This document shows positions 23,580 through 34,010 of a stretch of DNA of 64,000 nucleotides, piece after piece. The stretch is taken from contig VRMN01000002.1 in assembly GCA_008690995.1 (NCBI GenBank), positions 558,001-622,000 of the forward strand. The letters are read 5' to 3'. A program made the position numbers and the translations under genes. How positions within the stretch are numbered: the stretch's first letter is position 1; each line of letters starts with the position of its first letter. The stretch comes from Porphyridium purpureum. Taxonomy: Eukaryota. Under the pieces are notes generated by a model, which was given only the letters and a program-made list of their open reading frames with translations, was not told the DNA's origin and made no database searches.

Positions 23580-23905
23580 TATTAAAAGGTCTGATGTATC
23601 GGGGAGTCTTTGTGACTCGTCACTAACGCAGTTGCGTGTCCCCTTCGTCGCCCTTGCAACTAACCTTACCTTCGTCATCCGGGGACTCCGAGCCTCGGCC
23701 ATCGCTAAGCTCTTCATATAGGCAATCGTAGTGCTTTCACTAGTGAGATTGCCAACTGTACCTCCAGGGCAAAAAACCCTTATTTACTATAAGTTGGAGA
23801 AATACAGAAAGTTGGAGAAATACAGAAAGTTGGAGCTGAAACATTCCCCATGGTATTACTACTTTACCTGGGGAGGGAATCTACCGAAACCCTGGATTCA
23901 TAACA
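23580..23905 (-). repeat. 3' LTR (326 bp)
   Basis: By eye, identical to 28227-28551 except one extra A in a homopolymer (A6 vs A5). Element-sense ends TGTTA...TAATA. Confidence 0.97.
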
Positions 23906-23944
23906 CTCCCACGCAGCGACAACTTTTCGTCATGCCTTCCACCT

Positions 23945-26900
23945 CTATCTCGAATTTTCAAGACAAGCAACACCCAATAAGGTTTTGCATTTCAAAAACA
24001 TTTCTCGAGGAACCACTTTGGTTAGGAAATCTGCTGCCTGATCTGATGTGCGAATGTAAATAGCCTTGACTATTCCCCGTTGCTGACATTCGCGAGCATA
24101 GTGCTTTCTCACGTCAATGTGCTTCGACCTTTCGTGCACAATCGGGTTCTCACTCAGTTTCAGTGCAGCATCATTGTCACAAAACATTGGAATCGATTTC
24201 GACTTGAATCCTAGGAATTCCATGAGATATTGAAACCACTGGGCTTCTTTACATGCATCCGAGAGAGCCATGTACTCTGCTTCGGTTGTGGACAGCGCCA
24301 CAGTTGGTTGTAGCCTGGATTTCCAGGAGACAACTGATCCATTGATCGTGAAAGCATATCCGGTGGTTGACCTTCGCGTTCGAAGATCACTAGCATAGTC
24401 TGAATCAACGTAACCAATTAGGTCGGAGTTGCCATTTGAGCTAAATTGGAGACCATAATTTATGGTTCCTTTAAGATATCGCAGCACTCCCTTTGCCGCA
24501 TTCCAATGGGATTCATTGGCATTTGCCATTGATCGTGCAAGCACTCCCACGGCGAAGGAAATATCCGGACGCGTGCAAGTGCACAAATACATTAGTGCTC
24601 CCACGAGTTCCATGTAAGGCATCTTGCATGGTTCTGCAGTAGCAGTATACCACTTCGTATCCTTTTCCATGGGAAGCTTCCTTGGATTCGCCGATTCCAT
24701 TCCGAACCTTTCCAGGATGGTTTGGACATACAAGCTTTGATTAAGTCTGATAATGCCATTCCTTTGATCATAATCAAGAGTGTAGCCGGCAAATTTTTGC
24801 TTGACCACTTGCCCAAGATCCCTGACTTCAAACTTGCCTTGCAAATGCAGAAGCACTTCATTTGAAGTAACTTCGTCTTCACCTATGAAGACCAAGTCAT
24901 CGACGTAAATCATGATATACGGACCATTTGGACCCTTAGAAAACAGACAAGGATCTGCCGTACTTTCGGAAAAATTGATTTCTTTAAGTGCTTGCACAAG
25001 AACTTGATTCCAAGCTCGAGATGCCTGCTTCAATCCATAGATTGCTTTACGCAGTTTCAGGACTTTTCCTCCTTCATGTACGAATCCAGGAGGCTGTTCC
25101 ATGAAAATTTCTTCATGAAGTTCTCCATTGAGAAACGCAGTCACCACATCGAAAAGTCGAATTTTCAACTTTCTTGCAGCTGCTACTGCCAGGACCGTTC
25201 GAATAGTGTTGTGTCGCACAACAGGGCTGAACACTTCGTCGTAGTCCAAACCAGGTTTCTGAGTGAAACCTTTTGCGACAAGTCGACACTTGAACCGATC
25301 AATTTGTCCGTTGACATTATATTTGATCTTAAAAACCCATTTGCATCTGACAGGAATTCGGTCCTGTGGACGATCGACGAGCTCCCACGTGCATTTGCCA
25401 GTGAGAGATTCCAATTCTCTATTCAGAGCTTCCAGCCATTGCTCAGAGAAGTTACCCTTTAGTGCTTCTTCGACTGACCGAGGTTCAGAAACGGTGGAAA
25501 TTATTCCAACGAATTGATTTGCGACATATCCACTGTCTTGACTTTCGTCATCCTCAGTATTCCCAAAGTTTCCATTTGGAGCCTTTTGGAACCCTAAATC
25601 TTTCGAATTATTCTGAACTTTTTCCAGAAACGTTTCTCCGATTTCATTTGAAATAGAATATTCCTGACTGCGATCATCCATTTGTCGAGTGGAATCTGTT
25701 TCAAAATTTTTTGACGCGATTTGAGACTTTTCATCAAACGACTTCGAGAAATCTTTTGGAAACAACTCTTCGACAATTTTATCGAAGTTGGAAAAATATT
25801 CCGAATCGTGGATTTCATGTTCATGAACATCTATTCCAACGACAGACTCATCGAAAGTGACATTTCGACTTTCAACGACCGTGCCATCCGATAGAAGAAT
25901 GCGATAAACGGAATGGACATTTCCATAACCGACCAAGCATCCAATTGCAGATCTTGTTTCTAGTTTTCCTCGCAATTGCTTAGGAATATGAACAAACGCT
26001 CTCGATCCGTAGATTCTGAGATTGCTGAGATCTGGCCTTTGCCTGAATGCAATTTCTATCGGCGTTTTCCCGCGATTATTTGAAATGCGATTTCGCAAAT
26101 AATTCGCAGTCAACAAAGCATTACTCCAATTTTCCAAAGGTAGATTACTATCAAACAATAAGCTTCGAACCTTTTCGAGTAATGTCCGATTCATGCGTTC
26201 AGCCATACCATTAAGTTCTGGCGTGTAAGCAGAGGTATTTTCCCAAGTAATTCCAGAGTCTTCGAGATGCCTTTGCACATAAAGGCTTGCGAATTCGCCA
26301 CCTTTGTCGGACCGAACTCTTTTTGCCTTTGCACCAAGAGTCGTTTCGAGATATTTAAGTGTGCGCAGTAACATTTCACCCGCTTCACTTTTTCGCTCGA
26401 GCAAGTGGACGACACTCAAACTTGAGCATTCGTCGACGACAACTAGAAAATATCGATGGTCGTCAAAACTCGAAGGAGTGAGTGGTCCGCATACATCAGT
26501 ATGAAGGACTTCTCCCGGAACCGCCGAAATGGAATTCAATTTCCGCTTCTTAAAGGGAGTTCGTGTTCCCTTTGCCTTTTGGCAAATCACACAATGGTAT
26601 TCATCCGGAACTTTTAAGTCCGCGGGAATTCCCTGTACACAATTTTGCGTATTTTTCAGACCAGCAAGTCCAGGATGACCAAGTCGACGGTGAAATAGCT
26701 CAAACTTATTTGAAGCTGTGATTGCATTTATTCTAGCGGCGGATAGTTTGATCATTAAATCACCATCCCCAACCGCTAGGACGGGCCCATCTGACCCAAA
26801 ATGCAAAACAGATGAACTATCATCGTGTTTGAAGACACAGCCCTTTCTCGCTGCGACCTTTGTCGAAAGGAGATTTATGGGTGTGCTTTCGATCAACAAA

Positions 26901-28222
26901 ACATTTTCAAGACGCAAGTCATTAAACTTGTCTTGAATAATTGTTTTGAGCATGACATCACCCATCAATGAAACTTCAACATGTTCCCCGTTGGCAACAG
27001 TAACAAGTGATTCATCAGAAGGTCTTTCATTCATTAGAATAGACCTATCCCAAGTGATATGTCTGTCCGATCCAGAATCGAACATCCATTTGTGCGACTT
27101 GTGCTTGTGGGGCACAACAGAGACACAGATGGCATAGATGGAAGTGGTGGCTTTATTGATTGGTGCAGGGGTCGCTGGGGGGCTAATCATGCGGATATCC
27201 AGAGAAGGGCCTTTTGGCACCACGCCCCTTCCCGCAACGCTATTCGCGTAGGCCTCCCACGACATCCAACCTGGCTCAATGGCTGCCTTTGCCGCCGGAG
27301 CCGGTGGTTTCGTCACCTTGGTTTTTACCTGAACCACATTCACCCGCGCATTCGGCTTTCCGATGCCGCGTTTCACTGCCTCCGGGTCTGCTGCGCCACT
27401 CGCACCAGCAGCCTTGTCGCGCAAGTCATTCTTGCGCTTAAAGCAACGCTTCGTCTCGTGCCCAACCTTGTGGCAGTAGCCACACTTCAGGTTCTCCTTG
27501 ACGAGTGCCGTCTTCACGACACCCGCTGAGCGATCACGCTGCTGTTGCTGCGGACGCTGGGACACCGCCATTGCGATGGGCGGGGGCTCATCTGCCAACG
27601 TGCGCTCGAGCGCTTTTCCGGCCTCCAGCTGGAGCAGTTGCAGCCGAGCTGCGGAGACCGTGGGCGCCGAATGCAGCAGGTAGTCCTTCGACCCCTGAAA
27701 CTCTTTGCGGAGCCCGATCACCAGATAACGCACGACATGGTCCTCGGGAACTTGCTCACCGATCGAGACAAGCTTGTCCCACAGACCGATTCCGCGATCC
27801 AAGTACTCGGCCATTGCCTCGTTCTTGTTCTGGACAATGCGCTCCAGCGCCATGCGAAACGCGAACTTCTGCGCCGACAGTTGATCGTGCGCATAATTCG
27901 CCACCGCGGACCAACCGTCCGCCGACGACTTATCGCGGACGAGACGGTCGTACCTGTTCTCCAAGACCCCGGACAGAAAGAACTGTCCCGCCAGGTCCGC
28001 ATCGTCCCACTCTTCTGCCGTCATCCCGGCAGTTGCACGCGACGACGACGATGGGCGAACGACCATCCCCGCAACGACGGGCCACAGCTTCACCACACGC
28101 AACGCGAGCTTCGTGCGGCGTGCCCAAATGTCGTAATTCTCGCCATTGAACTTTTCCACGCCGTTCGCAAGCGCGGACAGCTTCGACGCATCAAACGTAA
28201 ACGCCATCGCGTCTAGGCTCAT
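23945..28222 (-). CDS. Copia Gag-Pol polyprotein, 1425 aa
   Basis: Gag 'FNGENYDIW', zinc knuckle CGYCHKVGHETKRC, protease 'FDSGSDRH', HHCC 'HRRLGH..CVIC', integrase HTD/RSDKGGEF/NGMAE, RT YVDD, RNase H 'YVDSDY..TEAEY..CDN..ADFLTK'. Domain order PR-IN-RT-RH. Confidence 0.98.
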   Translation of the reverse strand: MSLDAMAFTFDASKLSALANGVEKFNGENYDIWARRTKLALRVVKLWPVVAGMVVRPSSSSRATAGMTAEEWDDADLAGQFFLSGVLENRYDRLVRDKSSADGWSAVANYAHDQLSAQKFAFRMALERIVQNKNEAMAEYLDRGIGLWDKLVSIGEQVPEDHVVRYLVIGLRKEFQGSKDYLLHSAPTVSAARLQLLQLEAGKALERTLADEPPPIAMAVSQRPQQQQRDRSAGVVKTALVKENLKCGYCHKVGHETKRCFKRKNDLRDKAAGASGAADPEAVKRGIGKPNARVNVVQVKTKVTKPPAPAAKAAIEPGWMSWEAYANSVAGRGVVPKGPSLDIRMISPPATPAPINKATTSIYAICVSVVPHKHKSHKWMFDSGSDRHITWDRSILMNERPSDESLVTVANGEHVEVSLMGDVMLKTIIQDKFNDLRLENVLLIESTPINLLSTKVAARKGCVFKHDDSSSVLHFGSDGPVLAVGDGDLMIKLSAARINAITASNKFELFHRRLGHPGLAGLKNTQNCVQGIPADLKVPDEYHCVICQKAKGTRTPFKKRKLNSISAVPGEVLHTDVCGPLTPSSFDDHRYFLVVVDECSSLSVVHLLERKSEAGEMLLRTLKYLETTLGAKAKRVRSDKGGEFASLYVQRHLEDSGITWENTSAYTPELNGMAERMNRTLLEKVRSLLFDSNLPLENWSNALLTANYLRNRISNNRGKTPIEIAFRQRPDLSNLRIYGSRAFVHIPKQLRGKLETRSAIGCLVGYGNVHSVYRILLSDGTVVESRNVTFDESVVGIDVHEHEIHDSEYFSNFDKIVEELFPKDFSKSFDEKSQIASKNFETDSTRQMDDRSQEYSISNEIGETFLEKVQNNSKDLGFQKAPNGNFGNTEDDESQDSGYVANQFVGIISTVSEPRSVEEALKGNFSEQWLEALNRELESLTGKCTWELVDRPQDRIPVRCKWVFKIKYNVNGQIDRFKCRLVAKGFTQKPGLDYDEVFSPVVRHNTIRTVLAVAAARKLKIRLFDVVTAFLNGELHEEIFMEQPPGFVHEGGKVLKLRKAIYGLKQASRAWNQVLVQALKEINFSESTADPCLFSKGPNGPYIMIYVDDLVFIGEDEVTSNEVLLHLQGKFEVRDLGQVVKQKFAGYTLDYDQRNGIIRLNQSLYVQTILERFGMESANPRKLPMEKDTKWYTATAEPCKMPYMELVGALMYLCTCTRPDISFAVGVLARSMANANESHWNAAKGVLRYLKGTINYGLQFSSNGNSDLIGYVDSDYASDLRTRRSTTGYAFTINGSVVSWKSRLQPTVALSTTEAEYMALSDACKEAQWFQYLMEFLGFKSKSIPMFCDNDAALKLSENPIVHERSKHIDVRKHYARECQQRGIVKAIYIRTSDQAADFLTKVVPREMFLKCKTLLGVACLENSR

Positions 28223-28226
28223 AACC

Positions 28227-28551
28227 TATTAAAAGGTCTGATGTATCGGGGAGTCTTTGTGACTCGTCACTAACGCAGTTGCGTGTCCCCTTCGTCGCCC
28301 TTGCAACTAACCTTACCTTCGTCATCCGGGGACTCCGAGCCTCGGCCATCGCTAAGCTCTTCATATAGGCAATCGTAGTGCTTTCACTAGTGAGATTGCC
28401 AACTGTACCTCCAGGGCAAAAACCCTTATTTACTATAAGTTGGAGAAATACAGAAAGTTGGAGAAATACAGAAAGTTGGAGCTGAAACATTCCCCATGGT
28501 ATTACTACTTTACCTGGGGAGGGAATCTACCGAAACCCTGGATTCATAACA
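28227..28551 (-). repeat. 5' LTR (325 bp)
   Basis: Direct repeat of 23580-23905, followed immediately in element sense by the PBS. Confidence 0.97.
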
Positions 28552-28556
28552 GATCA

Positions 28557-31500
28557 TAGGTACACTACTTTGAATGATTTATTCAAGCAAGTGTAACCCT
28601 TCAATAACAAATTCAGCGCGACAAAAAGGCTGCGTGCAGGTCAGTTTCATGACTCCTCAAGCGCCATACTTTGGAAGTCCCAAGGAGTCTTAATTCATAA
28701 TTATCTGCCGTGGTAAATAGGCTACATTAAATGTTGCCATAAAGCAAATCAACCGTTCAATCCGAGTCTGGCTTTTTTACGGTGTATAGAAAAATGATAA
28801 GGTTTTGAGAGGCTTCATGATCGATTTTCAAAACATTGGCAATACGTGTAACCTTCAACTTTTGAAAGCCTGCCCAGTCTCAGTTCTGACCTTAAATTAA
28901 TACATCTTGACACATTATGCATGGCAGAAAAAGTAACCTAAGAATCCTTCGATTTTTTTTTTTCGACTGTATGCGCACATTTCTGTTTCATCATTGGTAT
29001 TCAAGTGGACTGCATTCACAAACATTTTTGATAAAGCTTAGAGCTAACATGATGCATCGACGACGGAATTAAAGCTATATACTTCGTTCTTTGCTTGCAT
29101 AGTCCTAACAAATCAGCATGAGTGTTCGCATTTTGAAAATGTCCAGAGTCAGGCCTCGGCCTAAAAGCTCAACATTCATCTTTATCGAACTTGGAGAACC
29201 TGCTTGATGTCCCCTGGTATTTTGTCTTGCGATTGATTAGCAATTGAATTCGAAAGATACGATTTAATGAGTGTTTTACGTGAAATAAATTTTAAGTATT
29301 CTCATTTTCAACTGGCTTCCGGCAAAGGTAATGGCACATGCAAGATTTTGTAACTCAGAGTGGCTGACGTAATTCTACTTTTTAGATATGTAAATACACT
29401 GCAGCGGGTCCTTGTGAGTTCTGTTTGCATTCCCGGAACTTTTCGGCGAGGCTGTACCCGGAAGTCAAGCAACAGGTAATATGAAATATGTTGACTGGCG
29501 AGAATTCCACTTTTGCGTAGCTATGGGAAACCCTTTCCATTGAGGCGGTGCTTGTTTGTGTATGGTTGTGCGAATATTGCTTTTGCTATTGTCAAGACAA
29601 TTATCGGTTATGCAACGCATGCTATAAGTTTTACCTTTTCCGGATCAGGAATAGCAATTCGCGAAGTATTTGTCGAAGCACCGTGGACAAATCCAGAATG
29701 AATTTATGTGCTTCAATGAAAATAAGTCAGGTGCTTCGAGTTCAATGATGAGTCTTGAATGCAGTCACTTGTAAGCGACCAAACTACGATTGGGACTCTT
29801 CGAAAGTCTTTTTGCGACGAAACTGTTTTGTGTCATATTTCAGTAAACGTTTCCAAAATCATATGGTGGTAGGCTCCGGTCTTCGAAGCACGGTGCCTAA
29901 GGTCATTGTGTATGAATGAAAGTTTCTATCAGTTTTGCACGTTTGAGCGTAAAGATTCTTTCATCACGCATCCATGCCTCATAATCTCGTAATTCTACAC
30001 CATACGTGAATGTGATTTTCCGCCACGAGGTGTGCCTGTGTGTCTTTCTGTTACAGCATACGAAGTCTTTGCATGTCGTAAATGAATCAGGGTACTCAAT
30101 GACGAAACCTGGACGACGCAACAAAAAATGGGTAACCAATTTGCGCTGACAGCGACGGAATACTGCTCGTTGATCAGGTAGTTCTGCTAGCGGACCACAC
30201 TTTAATAATTAAGTTTGTTCGTATTCCAGGCTCACTTTTTTCTTTCGGGTTGTGAGTAATATTTCAGCCAATCTTCTGTGGCCCAGTGAGGCAGAGTCTC
30301 AAATCTAGGATATTCCGATAGGCAAGTCTGCCCGATGACGTATTGAACTTGAAAGAGTTCTAGACTTTTCTTATAGTCCTACTTGTTCGCTAAGCCGTGA
30401 AAAGTAATTGTTCGACTCAGCTTTCCAGGCTGCACTGTCCGTCTCCTTGCGGATAGTTTCAAACCGACAAACGCCGCAACGCATCTGCGCGATCATGGCC
30501 TTCACGACGTTCGCATATGGCCTTCTGATATTCAAACGATTTTTCAGGTGCTAGTCCCTTTTTCTTGAATGTCTGAATGGCAACACTACCCATGTGGCAC
30601 CTCACCAAAATCAGTGCTATGACCCGCATTATCGACTTGAACTTTATACGTCTATGGACAGCTAAGCGCGAGCATCACGCACGGGATGGGTCGCCCACAG
30701 ATATGCAATTTGAGACTTACCCGGATAGATTGTGAACTCATTCGTTTTTTCAGGACAAAGGCACTTTTGTAACCAGACTCGATTCGAGCACGCAAAATAA
30801 TAGGGACCTGTAAAAATACATTGCGCAGGAAATTACCTTCAATACTTGTGGGCAATATCTGGATTCCAGCTGAATGTAACGTCACTCGCTAGACATCAAA
30901 CCATAAAGTTTAATGTCAAAAAGCATGAGGTCAAAACGCTTCGCCGAACAAAGCTGTTGAATTCGAGCACGGGCACACCATCAATGTGATGTACCGCGGA
31001 TTTGAGTGATTCCTCAAACTGTGGATGGAGGATGTCCAAGATTTCGAAGGTGCTGTAGATGATCTACCGCTGAGCCATGTTCGTCACAGCGCTAACTTCA
31101 ATTTCGAATTTACGTTCCCTCGAGGCAATTCTCAGTTTTCGCTGTATTTCACGTCCACGTATTGGAATTCATCACATGACATGAGCAGATCTCGTCACGA
31201 CTTGAGAAAAATATTCGATCTGAAGCTGCTATGACGAGGGCTTGTGTGAATGGCAGCCCGAACGGGCTGGAACAATTTCAACTTTGTTATTGCTCTACGA
31301 GCAAACTCTTCACTTTCGCCGCGGCTTTCACAAATTCGTAAGATCACGTGCGTTTCGTCATGCTCGCAAAAGTCTTTCACGAATGGACAATGGTGCCATT
31401 CAAACTCGTTTGTCCAGTTGCCGGAAATCTGCACAGTCCACGGGAAGTTCAGCAGCTACACTTTAGCGGAGCCGGCGTCAAAATGCATTTGAAGTGGTCG

Positions 31501-32900
31501 CGTTGCTCTGAATTTACCATACAATGACGGTCTTCGAACACGCCACTCAGCTCGACAGCGCGTGGCTGATTATTCCGGCGCAAATGTAAATTGACTTTCC
31601 GCAACAGGAGATGAAGACCCATTCCAAACGGTGTACCATTCGATCACGATGTTTCCATAGGAAAGGACGGGAACTGGTTTTGTAGAATTTGCGACAATTC
31701 AGCTCAATGTGAAGAAAGAGATGATTTACATGGTCTGAAACTCTGTAAAATTCTCGAGGATGGTCAGAAAGCTTCTTGCGTGTATACGCAGTGTTACATA
31801 ATCGAACATGTTTACCAAAAAGGCCATTTTGGTGCGTTTTTGTCGAGTCGACGATGGAACGAACGTTTCTTCATGAGCCCGGACAAGCAGAGAAGCTTAT
31901 TCAGCAGTCACCAAAACGATCAGCACATGATGGTTCAATAGTTTCTGCAATGTCTCTCGCCACCTGAACACGTGGCCACAGGAAACCCGCACAAAAGAAC
32001 CCCAAAGCGGAAACTCACTCCGCCACACCTTGTGGCGCTCCGAGCCTCAACAATGCTGTGCAGACTGCCAGCTTCACCGCAGAGATGAGGGTTGTTTTAC
32101 CAGGTGAGGCTCCAGCTGACCCAGAAGCCGTTTTCTTTTCCTTCCCGCTTCCACCCTGAGGGGCCTTTACAGAATGAGTTGCCGTATCTTGTTCGAAGGG
32201 TCCTCTTTTATGCTCGTTGCCCTGTTAATTCCAATCTCGGTGATCCCTGTGGTGCTTCTGATGCTACTTCCCTGTTTGCTGGTTGAACTTCCACTGTATT
32301 TGCGTCGTAATCATACTTTCGTGATATTCTCCGAGCGCAGTCAAAATCCATTTACTCAGGCTTTGGTCCGGAATGGGCACGAGATGCCATTCGTGTCGCT
32401 CAATTTGAACTCACGTAAATCAATTGCTCCTCCATTGCTTTACGAACTTTTCGGAACTTTCTGCAGGGGCTCCAGGGCCCTCCAGCGCGGGCTGGAAGCT
32501 CGCCTGCTTTCCAGTGCAGGCTCACGCGTATTGCTGTGCAGTTATCCACGGTTCGATGCAAGTTTTGAGAACTTGCGCACTTTCTCCATGCTATTGTGAG
32601 AGCAACGAACGGTAAAATGTACGCACAAGCGTGCAGGTGCAAACTTCATACTTGCTTTCACGTTCGGAAGTGTGCAGAACTTTTTCTTTCACCGGATCAT
32701 GTCAGACCACCAGAAAGATGACAGGACTAGTATGGCACCACAACTTTAGCTGTACGTGCCTCGCGGGTGCGTGGGTGAGAGCCGTTACAAATTTGCGCCG
32801 AGCTAAAACGGGATCCTGGGGGAATTTCAGAAAGTATTGTTCTGGAATTTTTCTAGATTCGGCATCGCAGACCACCTAATAGACAGGTTTGTGGCGATGA
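28557..32900 (-). pseudogene. Highly decayed Ty3/gypsy-like gag-pol relic (boundaries approximate)
   Basis: Manual minus-strand translation gives fragments in gypsy order: RT-like 'GAYHHMIL..HKT..DFRRVPI' (~29790-29875), 'PDPEKVKLI' (~29625-29650), 'FTYLKSRITSA' (~29360-29395), RNase H-like 'KIDHEA...TRIERLICFMATFNVAYLPRQIIMN*DSLGLP' (~28670-28830). Many stops and frameshifts. Confidence 0.55.
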
Positions 32901-34010
32901 AGTGACGCGCTCATGCAGCATCAACCCAATGGAAGCGAGAATAAGCACAATCCGTATGAGAAATCATTCTGGGACTCCTTTCTTTTGAGCAGAGTTGCAA
33001 TTTGACGAAGTGTGTGTGTTCTCTCTTTCAAAGTTTGATTTGTCGGGCAAGCGTAGAAGAAAAAGGTAGAGGGGATGAAGAGCAAAAGTAACCGATGAGC
33101 CCAGATCAAAGCGCACCAACAAGCCGCGTGAGGTTCTGCAAAAGCGTGATTTCCTCCTGAGTTTGGTGTTCTTCCCAATATCAAAATGTTTAATCAAAAA
33201 TACAAGTTGTACAACGAAAGGTCTGCAACGTCCCACCTATCGCCCCCCTCTAATTAATAGAGCAAACGAGTATTCCCTTTCTTTTCTTTCCTTCTGGAAA
33301 CTCTGCTTTTGCCGCAGAAGTGTGACACCTCTCTATTTTTTAAAAAAGTACAGGCGAATCAGCAGCCTCCGTTTTACACTGTACCCACCCAGCTCGAGAA
33401 AAGCCTCGAAGTAGACAATCTTTGCCTCCGATCCTGTGGCAACCACTCCAGCTCCATTTTGACAGCATGCGCCTCGGTGCCGATGATACTCATACTTACT
33501 TCAGCAGCCACAACGGCTGTTGTCGTTACCGGCGAACCTGCTGCTCAAGATGATGAGAGTTTTTGCTCGGACTTCGGGCGGTTGTCGCTCATTTGCGCCT
33601 AGACTTCCCTCCGACGAAAAAGGCGAAGCGTTGCTGGTCCAAAAAAATCGAAAATATACTCTCTAGCGAATGATGTCCTTTCGTCTATTGGACTGGTCCA
33701 TAGCTAGCCGATCTCTTATACCGGAGGCCTGGGATTCTGTCTGTTGGACAAGTATGCGTACATTGCCACCGCGACAGCTCTAGCCTTCATTCTTTGTCGA
33801 TGTTTGTCAATGTGTCAACGACTTTGCCGCTTGCGCAATCCCTCTGCTGCGGCCTCTTTGTTTATATGGGCCACCAGTATGCAGTTTGCTCTGCGCCATT
33901 CCTCTAGCCTCTCACCTTCCGCACCTTGTGCCTCTGGCTGCCGCAATACGTCATGTGCGGTTGGCGGTCGCGCAGCCGCGGCTCGCGTCTTGCCAACGCA
34001 ATGCCTTGTA

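Larger units (their letters stand above)
23580..28551 (-). mobile_element. Intact Ty1/copia LTR retrotransposon (4972 bp)
   Basis: LTRs at 23580-23905 and 28227-28551; 5-bp TSD GATCA at 23575-23579 and 28552-28556; PBS GGTTATGAGCC; purine-rich PPT-like GTGGGAG next to the 3' LTR; single gag-pol ORF. Confidence 0.98.

Noticed and set aside
23791..23835. CRISPR-like repeats
   Set aside because: These are head-to-tail repeats without spacers inside an LTR, in a eukaryotic context with no cas genes.
23731..24063. LTR-derived ORFs (23731-24063 + and 28191-28490 -)
   Set aside because: They have no motifs, their periodicity comes from the 18-bp repeat, and the one-base LTR indel changes their frames between copies.
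21300..33300. Endogenous giant virus or plasmid as the source of the AT-rich block
   Set aside because: No capsid, packaging ATPase, polymerase or Rep motif was seen; the recognisable remnants are retrotransposon-like.
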